NCBI GenBank assembly: GCA_001600815.1
Contig: BCKZ01000003.1
Location: 872,581 to 936,580 of the forward strand
From: Alloascoidea hylecoeti
Taxonomy: Eukaryota
Direction of reading: 5' to 3'
DNA length: 64,000 nt
Position numbers and translations under genes: made by a program. Below, piece after piece: positions 1 through 10,755 of this stretch. Position 1 is the stretch's first letter, and each line of letters starts with the position of its first letter. Under the pieces are notes generated by a model. That model searched no databases and was not told where the DNA came from. It worked only from the letters and a program-made list of their open reading frames with translations.

Positions 1-903
1 CTCACAGCCACCAATTTCGTAAACACCCCACGCCTGCATTCCGTTCACGACGAGCCCCTTTCATACGATGATTACCATCAGCGTTCCAAAAAATCTAGGC
101 CCAATTCTCCTGTTCCGACTGTTCCAAGTAGCCCAACCTTAACTGCGGTCACCTCTTTATCTCGAACAAACTCCAATATCTCTGCGTTGTTTAATATTAG
201 TGGATTTAGTGGAATTAGAACTGGTCTATCAACTCTAAATCATACTCCATTAATAACACCTTCACATTCCCCACGTTTAGGTCCAAGATCATTATCTGGA
301 ATTAATCCATTAAATGATATTTCTGTTATGGATTTAGAGGGATTAAACGAAGCTGTTCGAAATAACCATATTCATCATCATCATAGTGATGGTTTTGTAC
401 TGCCCCCAATAAAAACGAGTACAAATATAAGAACCCTCCACAATTCTATCCCTTTTATGACACCATTAACCAATAATAATACTGCATCTTCAAATAATAG
501 TAATAATAATAATTCATCTACCGGTTTGGGAATAAATATATCAGCTCCATCACTAGCATTATCAACAAATCAACAAAGTAATAATAATACTTATAATTTT
601 TCAAGAACTAATTCAACAGTACAAACATATTCCCAATTACCTTTAAAAATTAGCATTAATGATCATGGAATTTTAGAATTAGATGGTATATTAATTGATA
701 AGAAAATAAAATCTGGTATTGGAATTGGACAATTGGATTCTTCAATGCGTGAAACTGCTAAAATTAGCCATATTAATGCAAATACAAATAATGGAACTCA
801 ATCTATTGAAAATATTATAACTACAACAGCAAATAATAATAATACGATAGATACAAACAGAAGGACTAGTCGCATGGCTTTAGGTGATATATTAAATGGA
901 TAA
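1..903 (+). CDS. MIG1: C-terminal part of CreA/Mig1-type carbon catabolite repressor (5' end with zinc fingers lies outside the window)
   Basis: Frame +1 is open from base 1 to TAA at 903. It reads ...HQRSKKSRPNSPVPTVPSSPT...HTPLITPSHSPRLGPR..., matching the conserved CreA S/P-rich block (KRSRPNSPNSTAPSSPT...HTPLATPAHSPRL), plus LPPIK and a terminal MALGDIL motif. Confidence 0.75.
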   Translation, partial: LTATNFVNTPRLHSVHDEPLSYDDYHQRSKKSRPNSPVPTVPSSPTLTAVTSLSRTNSNISALFNISGFSGIRTGLSTLNHTPLITPSHSPRLGPRSLSGINPLNDISVMDLEGLNEAVRNNHIHHHHSDGFVLPPIKTSTNIRTLHNSIPFMTPLTNNNTASSNNSNNNNSSTGLGINISAPSLALSTNQQSNNNTYNFSRTNSTVQTYSQLPLKISINDHGILELDGILIDKKIKSGIGIGQLDSSMRETAKISHINANTNNGTQSIENIITTTANNNNTIDTNRRTSRMALGDILNG

Positions 904-1396
904 TTATATTTCACGATTACAAAATGATTATTAACGCTTATTAATACTTTGAACTTACCCCCGGTATAACCTTAAAAAAATTAAAATTTTGTACTAAAAT
1001 TAAAAATTGATTTTGTTGATAGAATTATTCTCTTTTATTTTCTCTTATTATTTATTCTTTTAAAATGATATTAAAGGGTTGAAACCGCTTTTTTCGTTTC
1101 TTTAGTAAGCATCATTTTGAATAATCATATTATGATTATTGTTTTAATTTTTGTGTTTTAAAAATGTTGATCTTTCATATATAAATTAGCTTGCCACTAC
1201 ACGTATGTATCATCACTTAACTTATCTTGGCTTTATCATGATTTGATATCTATATTTAATAAGCTTTGTACTGCCCTCTTTTTCAATTGCAATCGAACTA
1301 ATTATGACATAAATGACCATGTAAGCAACACCCATTCACCATCCTTGGGCTTGATAAATAAAGATTAATTAGTCCTCTTTTTTTACCTCGTCTTTT

Positions 1397-4153
1397 ATGT
1401 TCCTCGTACTTATTATACTGATAGGCCTGCATTTGCAATGGACCCTGGCTTACTCAACCTCCTCCAATAATCATGCCCTGACCTCCGATTCCATAGCCCA
1501 TCTAACTAACGTCTCTCTTACTCACCTCAATCCTTCCGATATCCAACTTGACATTGCCATTTCTGGTACATCCACTTCTCATCACTTTTCAAATTTGAAT
1601 AAAAGGTGGTATGTCCTATCGAACCCTCAAACGAAAAATAATGTTAATGACCAGCTAAAACATGTCAAATCACAATACGGCCATTGGTTATATAAATATT
1701 TAACTACTAATTCAACTATTAGAGAAGTGCCCCCTGATCAAAATGATAATTCTTTAAATTTCAGGTTTTATTTATCAGAAAATAATTATTTAAATGAAGA
1801 TGGTATTGAAATATTTCATTTAGACAAAGATGGTAATATGGTCAAATCAAGTTCAAATAATGATTATAGTACAACTAAAACGATTAGTTATAAAGGTCAA
1901 GCATTTAGAAGGTTTCAATACTATAACCTTAATGACGATAATCAAGAATTAAAATACTCTCAAAAACACGTTGGTTGGGCCCGTTTAACGATAACTTATG
2001 ACTCAACGAGTAGAAATTTAAATGAAAATAATATAATATCAATTAAAGGTTCTTGGCATGTTTCCGATACAACATTAGGATCAATTGATTCTTTATATTC
2101 AATCGATTCAATTAATAATTTTAGATCATCTCATTATAATGATGAAATAACTTCAAATTCAATTGATGAAAAACAATATGAAAATGATTTAGATGATGAA
2201 GATTTAATTGTTTGGCGTGATGTTGATATGGATAGAAATTTTGATTTTTTAACAAAAAATATTTTAAATGATGATTATGATTTTAATAAATTTGAATCTG
2301 AACAAAGTTTGATTAATACTAAAAAAGAAACTAAATCTATAATTAAAAGAGAATTAGATTATTTTAATACTTATTCTTTTAATAATCATATCAATAATAA
2401 TAATAGGCTAATTAAAAGGTCTGGTGATGATAGTGATACTGGGAATTCAGGTTCGGCTCATTCAAATTTATATTCTTTAATTGGTTCAACAAATGGATGT
2501 CCAAAATTTAGAAAATTTGTAATGGTTGGTGTTGCTGTTGATTGTAACTTTATTGCAAACTATAATAATAATCAATCTCAAATACGTGAAAATGTTATAA
2601 GTTTAGTTAATACAGCCTCTGAAGTTTATGATACTTCATTTAATATTACATTAGGTTTAAAACAATTGGTACTTGTTAATAGTTCAACTTGTTCAAATTC
2701 TCCTTCATGGAATGTCGCATGTTCTTCGATGGGTTCAATAAGTGAGCGTTTAAATGAATTTACAACTTGGCGTGCAAAACAAACTTCTGATACAATTGGT
2801 GTTTGGTCTTTATTAACTGATTGTGCGCAAGATTCAGTTGTTGGATTATCATGGATGTCAACATTATGTGAAGTTGGAACTTTAGATGGAAGTAATTCAA
2901 CTATTGCTGCAACAAATGTAATTAGTCATACTCCATATGATTGGGCTGTTTATTCTCATGAAGTAGGTCATACTTTTGGTGCTGTCCATGATTGTACTTC
3001 TGATACTTGTTCTTCAGGTGCTGATTCCTCAAATCAATGCTGTCCATTATCATCAGGTACTTGTAGTGCTGGTGGTAAATATATTATGAATCCAAGTACT
3101 GGAGCTCAACAATCAGGTTTTTCATCTTGTTCAATTGGAAATATATGTGACTCTTTAACAACTATGAATTCAACCTGTGTAGTCAATAATAAAGATGTTA
3201 CTGGTCTTGTAACTGAAGGTATTTGTGGTAATGGTATAGTTGAAGATGGTGAAGAATGTGATTGTGGTGGTACTGAAGGTTGTGCACAATCTTCTTCAAA
3301 ATGTTGTGATCCAACAACTTGTAAGTTCATAAATAGTGCAACATGTGATGATATAAATGATTCATGCTGTGACAAGTGTCAATATGCATCATCATCAACT
3401 ATTTGTGAATCTTCAATTGGTCCTTGTTCTCCTGTTGTTTATTGTAATGGTAATTCTTCACAATGTCCTTCACAAACCCTTTTAAAAGATGGTACAACAT
3501 GTTCACTTTCAAATTCATCATCAACTGATTTAAAATGTGCTTCAGGTTATTGTACATCTCGTGATTTACAATGTGTAACGATTTTTGGTTCAATGTCTGT
3601 TTCAACAACTCTTTCAAATGGTACATCAGTTTCCTTAAATATTACAGAATCTTGTGGTGATGATAGTTCATGTTCAATGGGTTGTCGAGATTCAAGATTT
3701 CCTAATGTTTGTTTCCGTAATAGTCAAAATTATCTTGATGGTACTGTATGTGGTAGTACCGGATCATGTAGTAGTGGTCGTTGTAAAGGTGGAAAAAGTT
3801 CATTTTTCGGAAATGATGGTGATAGAGGATTTTTAGGAAGTTGGGCATCAAATCATAAAACTTTGTTAATTGGAATACTTGCTGGAGTTGGTGGATTGTT
3901 ATTGGTTTTATTCTTAATTTCTTTAATTCGCAAATCATTAAGACCAAAACCAACAAATCAAGTTATAATACCGATGAAACCAATGATGCCTCCTCCATCA
4001 TATTCAGCTCAGCCACCACAGCAACCTTATTACAACTATAACAATAATAATGATTATTATCCTCAACAACATAATGGGACATATAATAATGATTACAATT
4101 ATAGCAATAACAATATACTACAACCACAAAACACATACCGACCAAATTATTAA
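1397..4153 (+). CDS. ADAM-family disintegrin metalloprotease (fungal ADM-B/Mde10 type), type I membrane protein
   Basis: Signal peptide, prodomain ending in dibasic LIKR, zinc motif HEVGHTFGAVHD, Met-turn YIMNP, disintegrin start CGNGIVEDGEECDCG, Cys-rich domain, TM helix LLIGILAGVGGLLLVLFLISLI, and Pro/Tyr-rich tail. Confidence 0.93.
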   Translation: MFLVLIILIGLHLQWTLAYSTSSNNHALTSDSIAHLTNVSLTHLNPSDIQLDIAISGTSTSHHFSNLNKRWYVLSNPQTKNNVNDQLKHVKSQYGHWLYKYLTTNSTIREVPPDQNDNSLNFRFYLSENNYLNEDGIEIFHLDKDGNMVKSSSNNDYSTTKTISYKGQAFRRFQYYNLNDDNQELKYSQKHVGWARLTITYDSTSRNLNENNIISIKGSWHVSDTTLGSIDSLYSIDSINNFRSSHYNDEITSNSIDEKQYENDLDDEDLIVWRDVDMDRNFDFLTKNILNDDYDFNKFESEQSLINTKKETKSIIKRELDYFNTYSFNNHINNNNRLIKRSGDDSDTGNSGSAHSNLYSLIGSTNGCPKFRKFVMVGVAVDCNFIANYNNNQSQIRENVISLVNTASEVYDTSFNITLGLKQLVLVNSSTCSNSPSWNVACSSMGSISERLNEFTTWRAKQTSDTIGVWSLLTDCAQDSVVGLSWMSTLCEVGTLDGSNSTIAATNVISHTPYDWAVYSHEVGHTFGAVHDCTSDTCSSGADSSNQCCPLSSGTCSAGGKYIMNPSTGAQQSGFSSCSIGNICDSLTTMNSTCVVNNKDVTGLVTEGICGNGIVEDGEECDCGGTEGCAQSSSKCCDPTTCKFINSATCDDINDSCCDKCQYASSSTICESSIGPCSPVVYCNGNSSQCPSQTLLKDGTTCSLSNSSSTDLKCASGYCTSRDLQCVTIFGSMSVSTTLSNGTSVSLNITESCGDDSSCSMGCRDSRFPNVCFRNSQNYLDGTVCGSTGSCSSGRCKGGKSSFFGNDGDRGFLGSWASNHKTLLIGILAGVGGLLLVLFLISLIRKSLRPKPTNQVIIPMKPMMPPPSYSAQPPQQPYYNYNNNNDYYPQQHNGTYNNDYNYSNNNILQPQNTYRPNY

Positions 4154-6367
4154 ATTTATAACGGCGCTACGATTATCTTGTTATATCTGTAATTTTTGTT
4201 TTAAAGTAAGCTTATTAAAAGATGATTTACATGTATATGTTTTGGAGATTCTTTTTTCTTTTTATTAATTATATTTTGCACATTCAATTTCAATTAAGGT
4301 TGAAATTTGACATTTATTTTTGTTCAAGGGCATATATATATTATTATATTTATATAGTTTATTGCATTCTTCAAAAAATTATTATTTTCATACTGTCAGT
4401 TATTGATTTCGGCCACCTCATGGTGAATAATTATCCTTCAGCTTCTTTAATTTTTCTTAGTCATATATGCTTGAGAAATATATGGACGCGAGTTCAGAAA
4501 ATCATCTCTACTGAACAACGCCAAATACTTGTAAAATCTTAAAAAACTACCAGATTCTCCTGTGTCTCACCCAAGATAAGTACGTTTTATATAGCCAATC
4601 AATAATATTGTTTTTTAAATTTTAAAAAAGAAATTGTTTTTGTATTCCTTATCAACATGTATGTATGCTCTCACGAGTTACGAAACTTACCTTATATGGT
4701 AAGTACCAGAAAAAAAGGTTTTCTAGTGAGGTAATGGCAAAGTTTTTCGTCTACAATTATATGGTCACCACGAAAGACTTCAGGAGTGTTCCCATGGGAA
4801 GCTTTAATTCACTGAATTAATTTTGGATGATTTTTGATGGTAACACCGGCTTTCCACATATCACGCACCCAATTGACAGATCACCGAACCAATTTAGTAC
4901 GTAGTGTCTATCCTGAACCACCTAATCACACTTGTTCACCCAGCGTTAATACCAATTACTACTATCATTATTCTAATAACCATATCACAGGAAACGCCGT
5001 AGTTATATATATCTATTATCTATATAATTATTCTTTATAATCTAATTTTATAATCAAATTCTATACATATTATTATTAAGTAGCAGTTCTATAAAAATAT
5101 TGAAGAGTACTTAAGCTAACAACTGTTACATTCTCTATACATGATCCATTCTTTTTACCGCAGGAGATATGAAGCTTAAATACTTATTTCGAATCGATTA
5201 TGAGAAGCTGTAGCTTTAGGACTCTAACTGGTCACACATTTATTCTCTGTTATTTGATGCCTAGGTTCATGATTAATATAAGCCCTTATAGGAGTTTTGA
5301 ATTTTTTGTGGTCTATATATACAGTAAATCGGTTCAGAGGTAACCCTCTAGATCTGAAAATGATAAAACATTTAGTAGAGTATTGTTGGATTCGGATCCG
5401 GAGTTAACTGTCCGGATTGAGTTTTCAATTCACACTAGTGTAGAGTATAAATTATACCATAAAGTTAAATTAACAAATGCCCAAAATAATTTCCAGAGAG
5501 TTTTAGTATACATATGGGCCATCATCATATCCGGTGTCAAGAAGTGGTCGAATCTTCATGCATGATGTGGTCTAATATTTATTGCGTCATGTAGTTGAAT
5601 ATTTTACATCACGTGGCCTAACTATTAATATAGCATCTAGGCGAATATTTACACAATGGTGTGCAGGTATATAGGCCAACAGATGGCCGATATTAATGCA
5701 AAGTACAGTATAATTGAAATTCCGAACTCTGCTAGGTAATTACGTGATACGGAATCCCGAAGCACTATAGCTCTGAATGATTATAAGAAGAGTGAAAGAA
5801 ATCCCGGGTTATTCCATTAATTGACTATTTTTCAGTTTGAAATATTAATGCGATAAGAGCACAAGACATCATGATCATCAAGCTATAAGGTGATGGTCGG
5901 TTTGAAAATATCGCGGTATTATGGTGTGCCGATACAGCAAATTTTATTATTTTCTCGAACTCAGCTCCAAAGATTAAAAATTATAACAGTTGCAACGGCT
6001 GATACAATAATCAAAATAGAACTAATTTTTTGTTAAAAGTGATATTTTTACAAATAAATAAAGAAATCGCGATGCGGATCAACTGATGATTGGCTGATTT
6101 CGATTCCAACATCACCAGGCTTCATTCGGAAAAACTTTAATATTCTCAAGACCGCATATCCGAATATTCTATGCGATTACATTGTTTAACTTTAAGATCT
6201 TTATAGTTATGATCTTATATGTTGACAGGCACAAAAGTAATAATGTTATCTTACTGTTTTATATAAAGAGACACCTCTTTTTCTCGTTTTATTTTCTTTT
6301 CGTTTTTCATTCTCATCATCAGATTATCAATCCCTCTAATTTTATTTACAAATTCAAAAAACTTATA

Positions 6368-8062
6368 ATGCCCGAAACAAAACAAATTACATTATCTGAA
6401 TACTTATTCTATAGACTTCGTCAATTAGACGTCAAATCTATTTTTGGTCTTCCGGGAGATTTCAATCTAGCTCTTCTTGACTACATCGATAACGTTGAAG
6501 GCTTAAGATGGGTCGGTAACGCCAACGAATTGAATGCGGGATATGCAACCGATGGTTATTCTCGTGTTAAAGGAATGGGTTGTATTGTTACAACTTTTGG
6601 TGTCGGTGAATTATCTGCAACTAATGCTCACGCTGGTTCTTATTCAGAGCATGTTGGTTTACTTCATGTTGTCGGTGTACCAACAACTGCTTCACAAGCC
6701 AAAAAATTATTCCTACATCATACTTTAGGAAATATGGATTATCGAGTTTTTCATAGAATTTTTTCTGAAATTTCTTATTCAACTGCATTTTTAACTGATG
6801 CTCATTCTGCTCCATCTGAAATTGATAGAGTTATCAGGGATGCTTATATTCATCAAAGACCAACTTATTTAGGTTTCCCATCAAACTTTTTCGATATTAA
6901 AGTTCCAGCTTCGTTACTAGATATTCCACTCCAAACAGAATTGAAACCAAATGATGTTGAATCTGAAGAAGAGGTTGTTGAAACTATTTTAGAATTAGTC
7001 AAAGATGCTAAGAACCCAGTTATTTTAGTCGACTCTTGTGCTTCAAGACATAAGGTAATAGACGAAGTTGAAAAATTAATTGAAATTACCCAATTTCCAG
7101 TTTATGTTACTCCTTTAGGTAAAGGTTCTATTAATGAGCATCATCCAAGATTTGGAGGTGTTTATGTCGGTCAATTATCAACCCCAGATGTCAAAGAAGC
7201 TGTTGAAAGTGCTGATTTAGTTATTTCAATTGGATCTGTTTTATCTGATTATAATACTGGTGCATGGTCTTACGATATTACAAAAAATGTCGTTGAGTTA
7301 CATTCTGACTACACTAAAATTAAAACAGCTTCATTCCCTGATGTTCAAATGAAATATGTTTTACAAAAATTATTAATTTCAATTAGTAGTGCTATTTCAG
7401 ATTATAGCCCTGTTGCTGTACCTGAGAAAAAGATTATCAATACTCAAGTTGCTGATGACTCTGTTATTAGCCAAACTTGGTTTTGGAATAGATTCTCTAC
7501 ATGGTTAAGACCTGGTGATATTGTTATATCTGAGACTGGTACTTCATCATTTGGAGTTATTCAAACAAAATTTGCTCCAAATACCACTGGTATCTCTCAA
7601 GTTTTATGGGGTTCAATTGGTTATTCAGTTGGTTCATGTCTTGGTGCTGTAATGGCAGCCGAAGAACTAGATAAATCTAGAAGAGTTATCTTATTTGTTG
7701 GTGATGGTTCATTACAATTAACTGTACAAGAACTTTCAACAATGATTAGATGGAATTTAAAACCATATTTGTTTGTTTTAAATAATGATGGTTATACAAT
7801 TGAAAGGTTGATCCATGGTTTGACTGCTTCTTATAATGATGTTCAAGGCTGGGATCATAAAGCTCTATTGCCAGCTTTTGGTGCAAAAGATTATTTAACT
7901 GATACTGTCGCAACAACTGGAGAATTAAATAAATATTTGGAAGATGCAGCATTCCAAGAACCAAATCAAATTAAGTTGATTGAAGTTATGATTCCAAAAC
8001 TTGATGCTCCTGATAATTTAAAGAAACAGGCTGAAATTTCTGAAAAGACAAATGCCGAGTAA
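6368..8062 (+). CDS. PDC1: Pyruvate decarboxylase
   Basis: Likely start is ATG 6368 (MPETKQITLSEYLFYRL). Motifs FGLPGDFNL, NANELNAGYATDGYSR, LHHTLG and TPP-binding GDGSLQLTVQE...NNDGYTIE. Confidence 0.95.
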   Translation: MPETKQITLSEYLFYRLRQLDVKSIFGLPGDFNLALLDYIDNVEGLRWVGNANELNAGYATDGYSRVKGMGCIVTTFGVGELSATNAHAGSYSEHVGLLHVVGVPTTASQAKKLFLHHTLGNMDYRVFHRIFSEISYSTAFLTDAHSAPSEIDRVIRDAYIHQRPTYLGFPSNFFDIKVPASLLDIPLQTELKPNDVESEEEVVETILELVKDAKNPVILVDSCASRHKVIDEVEKLIEITQFPVYVTPLGKGSINEHHPRFGGVYVGQLSTPDVKEAVESADLVISIGSVLSDYNTGAWSYDITKNVVELHSDYTKIKTASFPDVQMKYVLQKLLISISSAISDYSPVAVPEKKIINTQVADDSVISQTWFWNRFSTWLRPGDIVISETGTSSFGVIQTKFAPNTTGISQVLWGSIGYSVGSCLGAVMAAEELDKSRRVILFVGDGSLQLTVQELSTMIRWNLKPYLFVLNNDGYTIERLIHGLTASYNDVQGWDHKALLPAFGAKDYLTDTVATTGELNKYLEDAAFQEPNQIKLIEVMIPKLDAPDNLKKQAEISEKTNAE

Positions 8063-8289
8063 ATTAATATTAGTTGCAGTTAGCAATTGATATTCATAAA
8101 ATTATTTTATTAGTTTATTACAATTTAGATTTTTTATTTAATTGTGTCCTTTCATTTTTGTTGATTTTTGCTGATTTCTGAAATTATAGAGTATAGATAT
8201 ATTAATATAAGTCATTTGTTTCAAATTCTTAACATTTAGTCAATCTAATTATAAGAGCAATCCAATTATTTGTAACTGTGAATTATCGT

Positions 8290-10755
8290 ACAGTATGGTT
8301 ATTGTGGAGGGGTGAAGTATGATAGATTGGTTTCGAAATAAATTGAAACGAACTAATGTTAACTATAAAAACTAATTGTAATCTACACCAATATTGACTA
8401 TAACAGTCTTTGACCTATTGATATAAATAAATGTTTAAAATACCAAGAGTATATGGGGAAATTGATTAAACAATTATATGAAAAATAATATTAAAACAAT
8501 TGCAATATTAGAAAGTATTAATCGGTAAAACTGATAGAGTAAAAAAGATAAAGTAAATAGTATATTAAATAGGAATAAGAAAAAGTAGAGAGTTAAATCC
8601 AATGGATTTAACTGTCTTATATATGTAACTATATAGGCTAAATAATAATAAGGAGGTGGCAATAATATTAAGGGGCTTGCTGTAGTATATGAATGACCAC
8701 GTAACCCCTGCATATCTAATATGCAAGGCATGTAGTTTAATATAAATCTGAAACATATGTAGATCATTTGATGATTGATCTGCACTGCATATCGGATATG
8801 TAAGCATGAAATAAGTTAATTAAAATTGAAATAACAACAGAAAGCTATTTAACTATAATTATAGACATTAATAAATTTTAGTAACTCTTAAGCTTCACCA
8901 TCCAAAATTTAATTAGCGATTGATATTAATCTCAAAACTAAAATCTCTAAGGTATATGATTAAGGTCATCGAACTAAATAGTATATATCCCTAATAATGG
9001 AAAATCAATCTATTTTTGAATCCGACTTTATGTCTAACACCAAAATGACAGAAGCTACCCCCATTTCACAAATATGTCTAGCGATTCACTATTATAGGAG
9101 TTATTTAGTGAATAGAATATTTATGATCTATCAAGTGTGTGGTACTAGACCTTTAGTAAAACAATTCAATCCATTCATAAATGTTTTTACTAAATATTGC
9201 ACAAAGTCTGCGGTTGTGAACTTTTTAACCAAGAAGTTTTCGAGTGTCTGAGTTGAGGATAATAAGTGGGGGATAAACACAGTCATTCTCTTCGATATAC
9301 GGTATAGATATGGTGACTTTTTGTAACAGTAGATAGATTGTCAAAAAATAGAATTTATTTATGTCTTTTTTATTTTATTTCCATTGATTTGTTTTGAGGA
9401 GAGATGCTCTATCAAACATAGACCTTTTTTCTTCATTCGTAGCGCTTACACAATATATAATATAGAATATAGAATATAGAATAAGTATGTGTGCAGAACT
9501 ACCTAATAGGGCAATTTTACCCCCTAATCGGAGTTTAAGTTTTAGACATACCTGAAGGTTATGAATTACACTTTATAGTAAGTCTGCATAGTAGCAGGTT
9601 TTATATAGTAATTATGTATATGTGCAGAGCTAAATATGGTATTTACTAACTTATTATGGGCAGATACTACAACCAGATAGACGATTCACACTTTAATTCT
9701 TTTTAAAATATTTAGATCCGTCTCCAGTGGGCGGAATTATTTAGTCTATGTATAGCCTACAACAAAAATACATATAACTGTTTTATATATCAAAGAAACT
9801 TAACAAGTATGTTTTAACCATGACTATCAGGTTTTGAAAACTTCTCAATGTGATAATATAGTGTGTTTGGTGTACATCCTCCTTGGTGAGCTGACTCAAT
9901 CGAGAGAAAAGGAGATAGGGGGCTTTTAAATCACCTATATCTATAACAACGGGGTTTATCCAATCACACTCAATATGTATGCATAATACTATGCATACAG
10001 TACGCCATAGTTTGCCTTACACACAAGTATTAGTTATATAATTAGTTGTTATCTTTGATATCAGTTTAAGTTACCAATATGTTCTTATTCGGTTAATGAT
10101 ACAACGGCATATCAATATAGTGCTAATAATCAGTTTACTAGATATCTCTTATATATTAATAAGTGTAATATTTCTATTTTAGTTTTACAATTATCATTAT
10201 CAGTACTATTATTTGGAAGAATTAACCTATGTATAAGTATAAGCGTAAACTTAAACTAGCATTGTACTCTACTACACGTTAGCATGAACCACACCATGTT
10301 AGTTTTATGCACTTCCGCGTCTTTTGGTTCCAATCTCATAATTAAATATTGATGAATCATCGTTAAGCTGGTCGTAATCCTACCTTTCGTTTTACTAATG
10401 TTATAATAAACTGCTGTGGCGAGTTTTTAGACTGATTTAGAAAACTCCAAAACATGCTAGAAACTTTTATAGCTGAAGAAGAATTATTTAGTGCTCATTG
10501 AACACTAAAAATAATATTACAGCTTTCAACTATGCTATTGAATTTAAAAATACATATAAATTATCCAATTCATATTAATATATACACGTTATATCTGCCA
10601 TTTTTCAATTAAACAATGAGTTACAATCTAATAAATCAAATAGTTAAAATACACTCCATTAAAGAATATTCAAAGAAGGAAATAATAATACTTAATTATA
10701 TATCAACTGATCGGAGCTATAGTGATTTGTTAACCAAGGTATTAAGCTTGGCCTG
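8290..10755 (+). mobile_element. Degenerate Ty1/copia LTR-retrotransposon pol relic (RT ~8290-9250, RNase H ~10340-10755)
   Basis: Collinear decayed copia motifs with stops and frameshifts: LYRLN..RRW (8629, cf. LYGLKQ..W), NPCI (cf. DPC), YVDHLMI (8756, cf. YVDDL), LAIDI (8913, cf. LGIDI), TEATPI, YRS, GTRP. Then CGEFLD*FRKLQ...AEEELFSA and KIHSIKE...IILNYISTDRSYSDLLTKVL (cf. I.L.YI.T..N.ADLLTK.L). Confidence 0.7.

Noticed and set aside
3106..4542. Short ORFs overlapping ADAM, and similar antisense or alternate-frame ORFs inside PDC, bHLH, VPS35, GUA1, FCP1 and DSK2
   Set aside because: Shadow ORFs of real genes with no domain signal.
6182..6367. N-terminal extension of the PDC ORF (likewise 36031-36186, 50719-50751 and 60902-61030)
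   Set aside because: Upstream in-frame starts run through promoter/UTR-like DNA; homology or the signal peptide begins at the downstream ATG.
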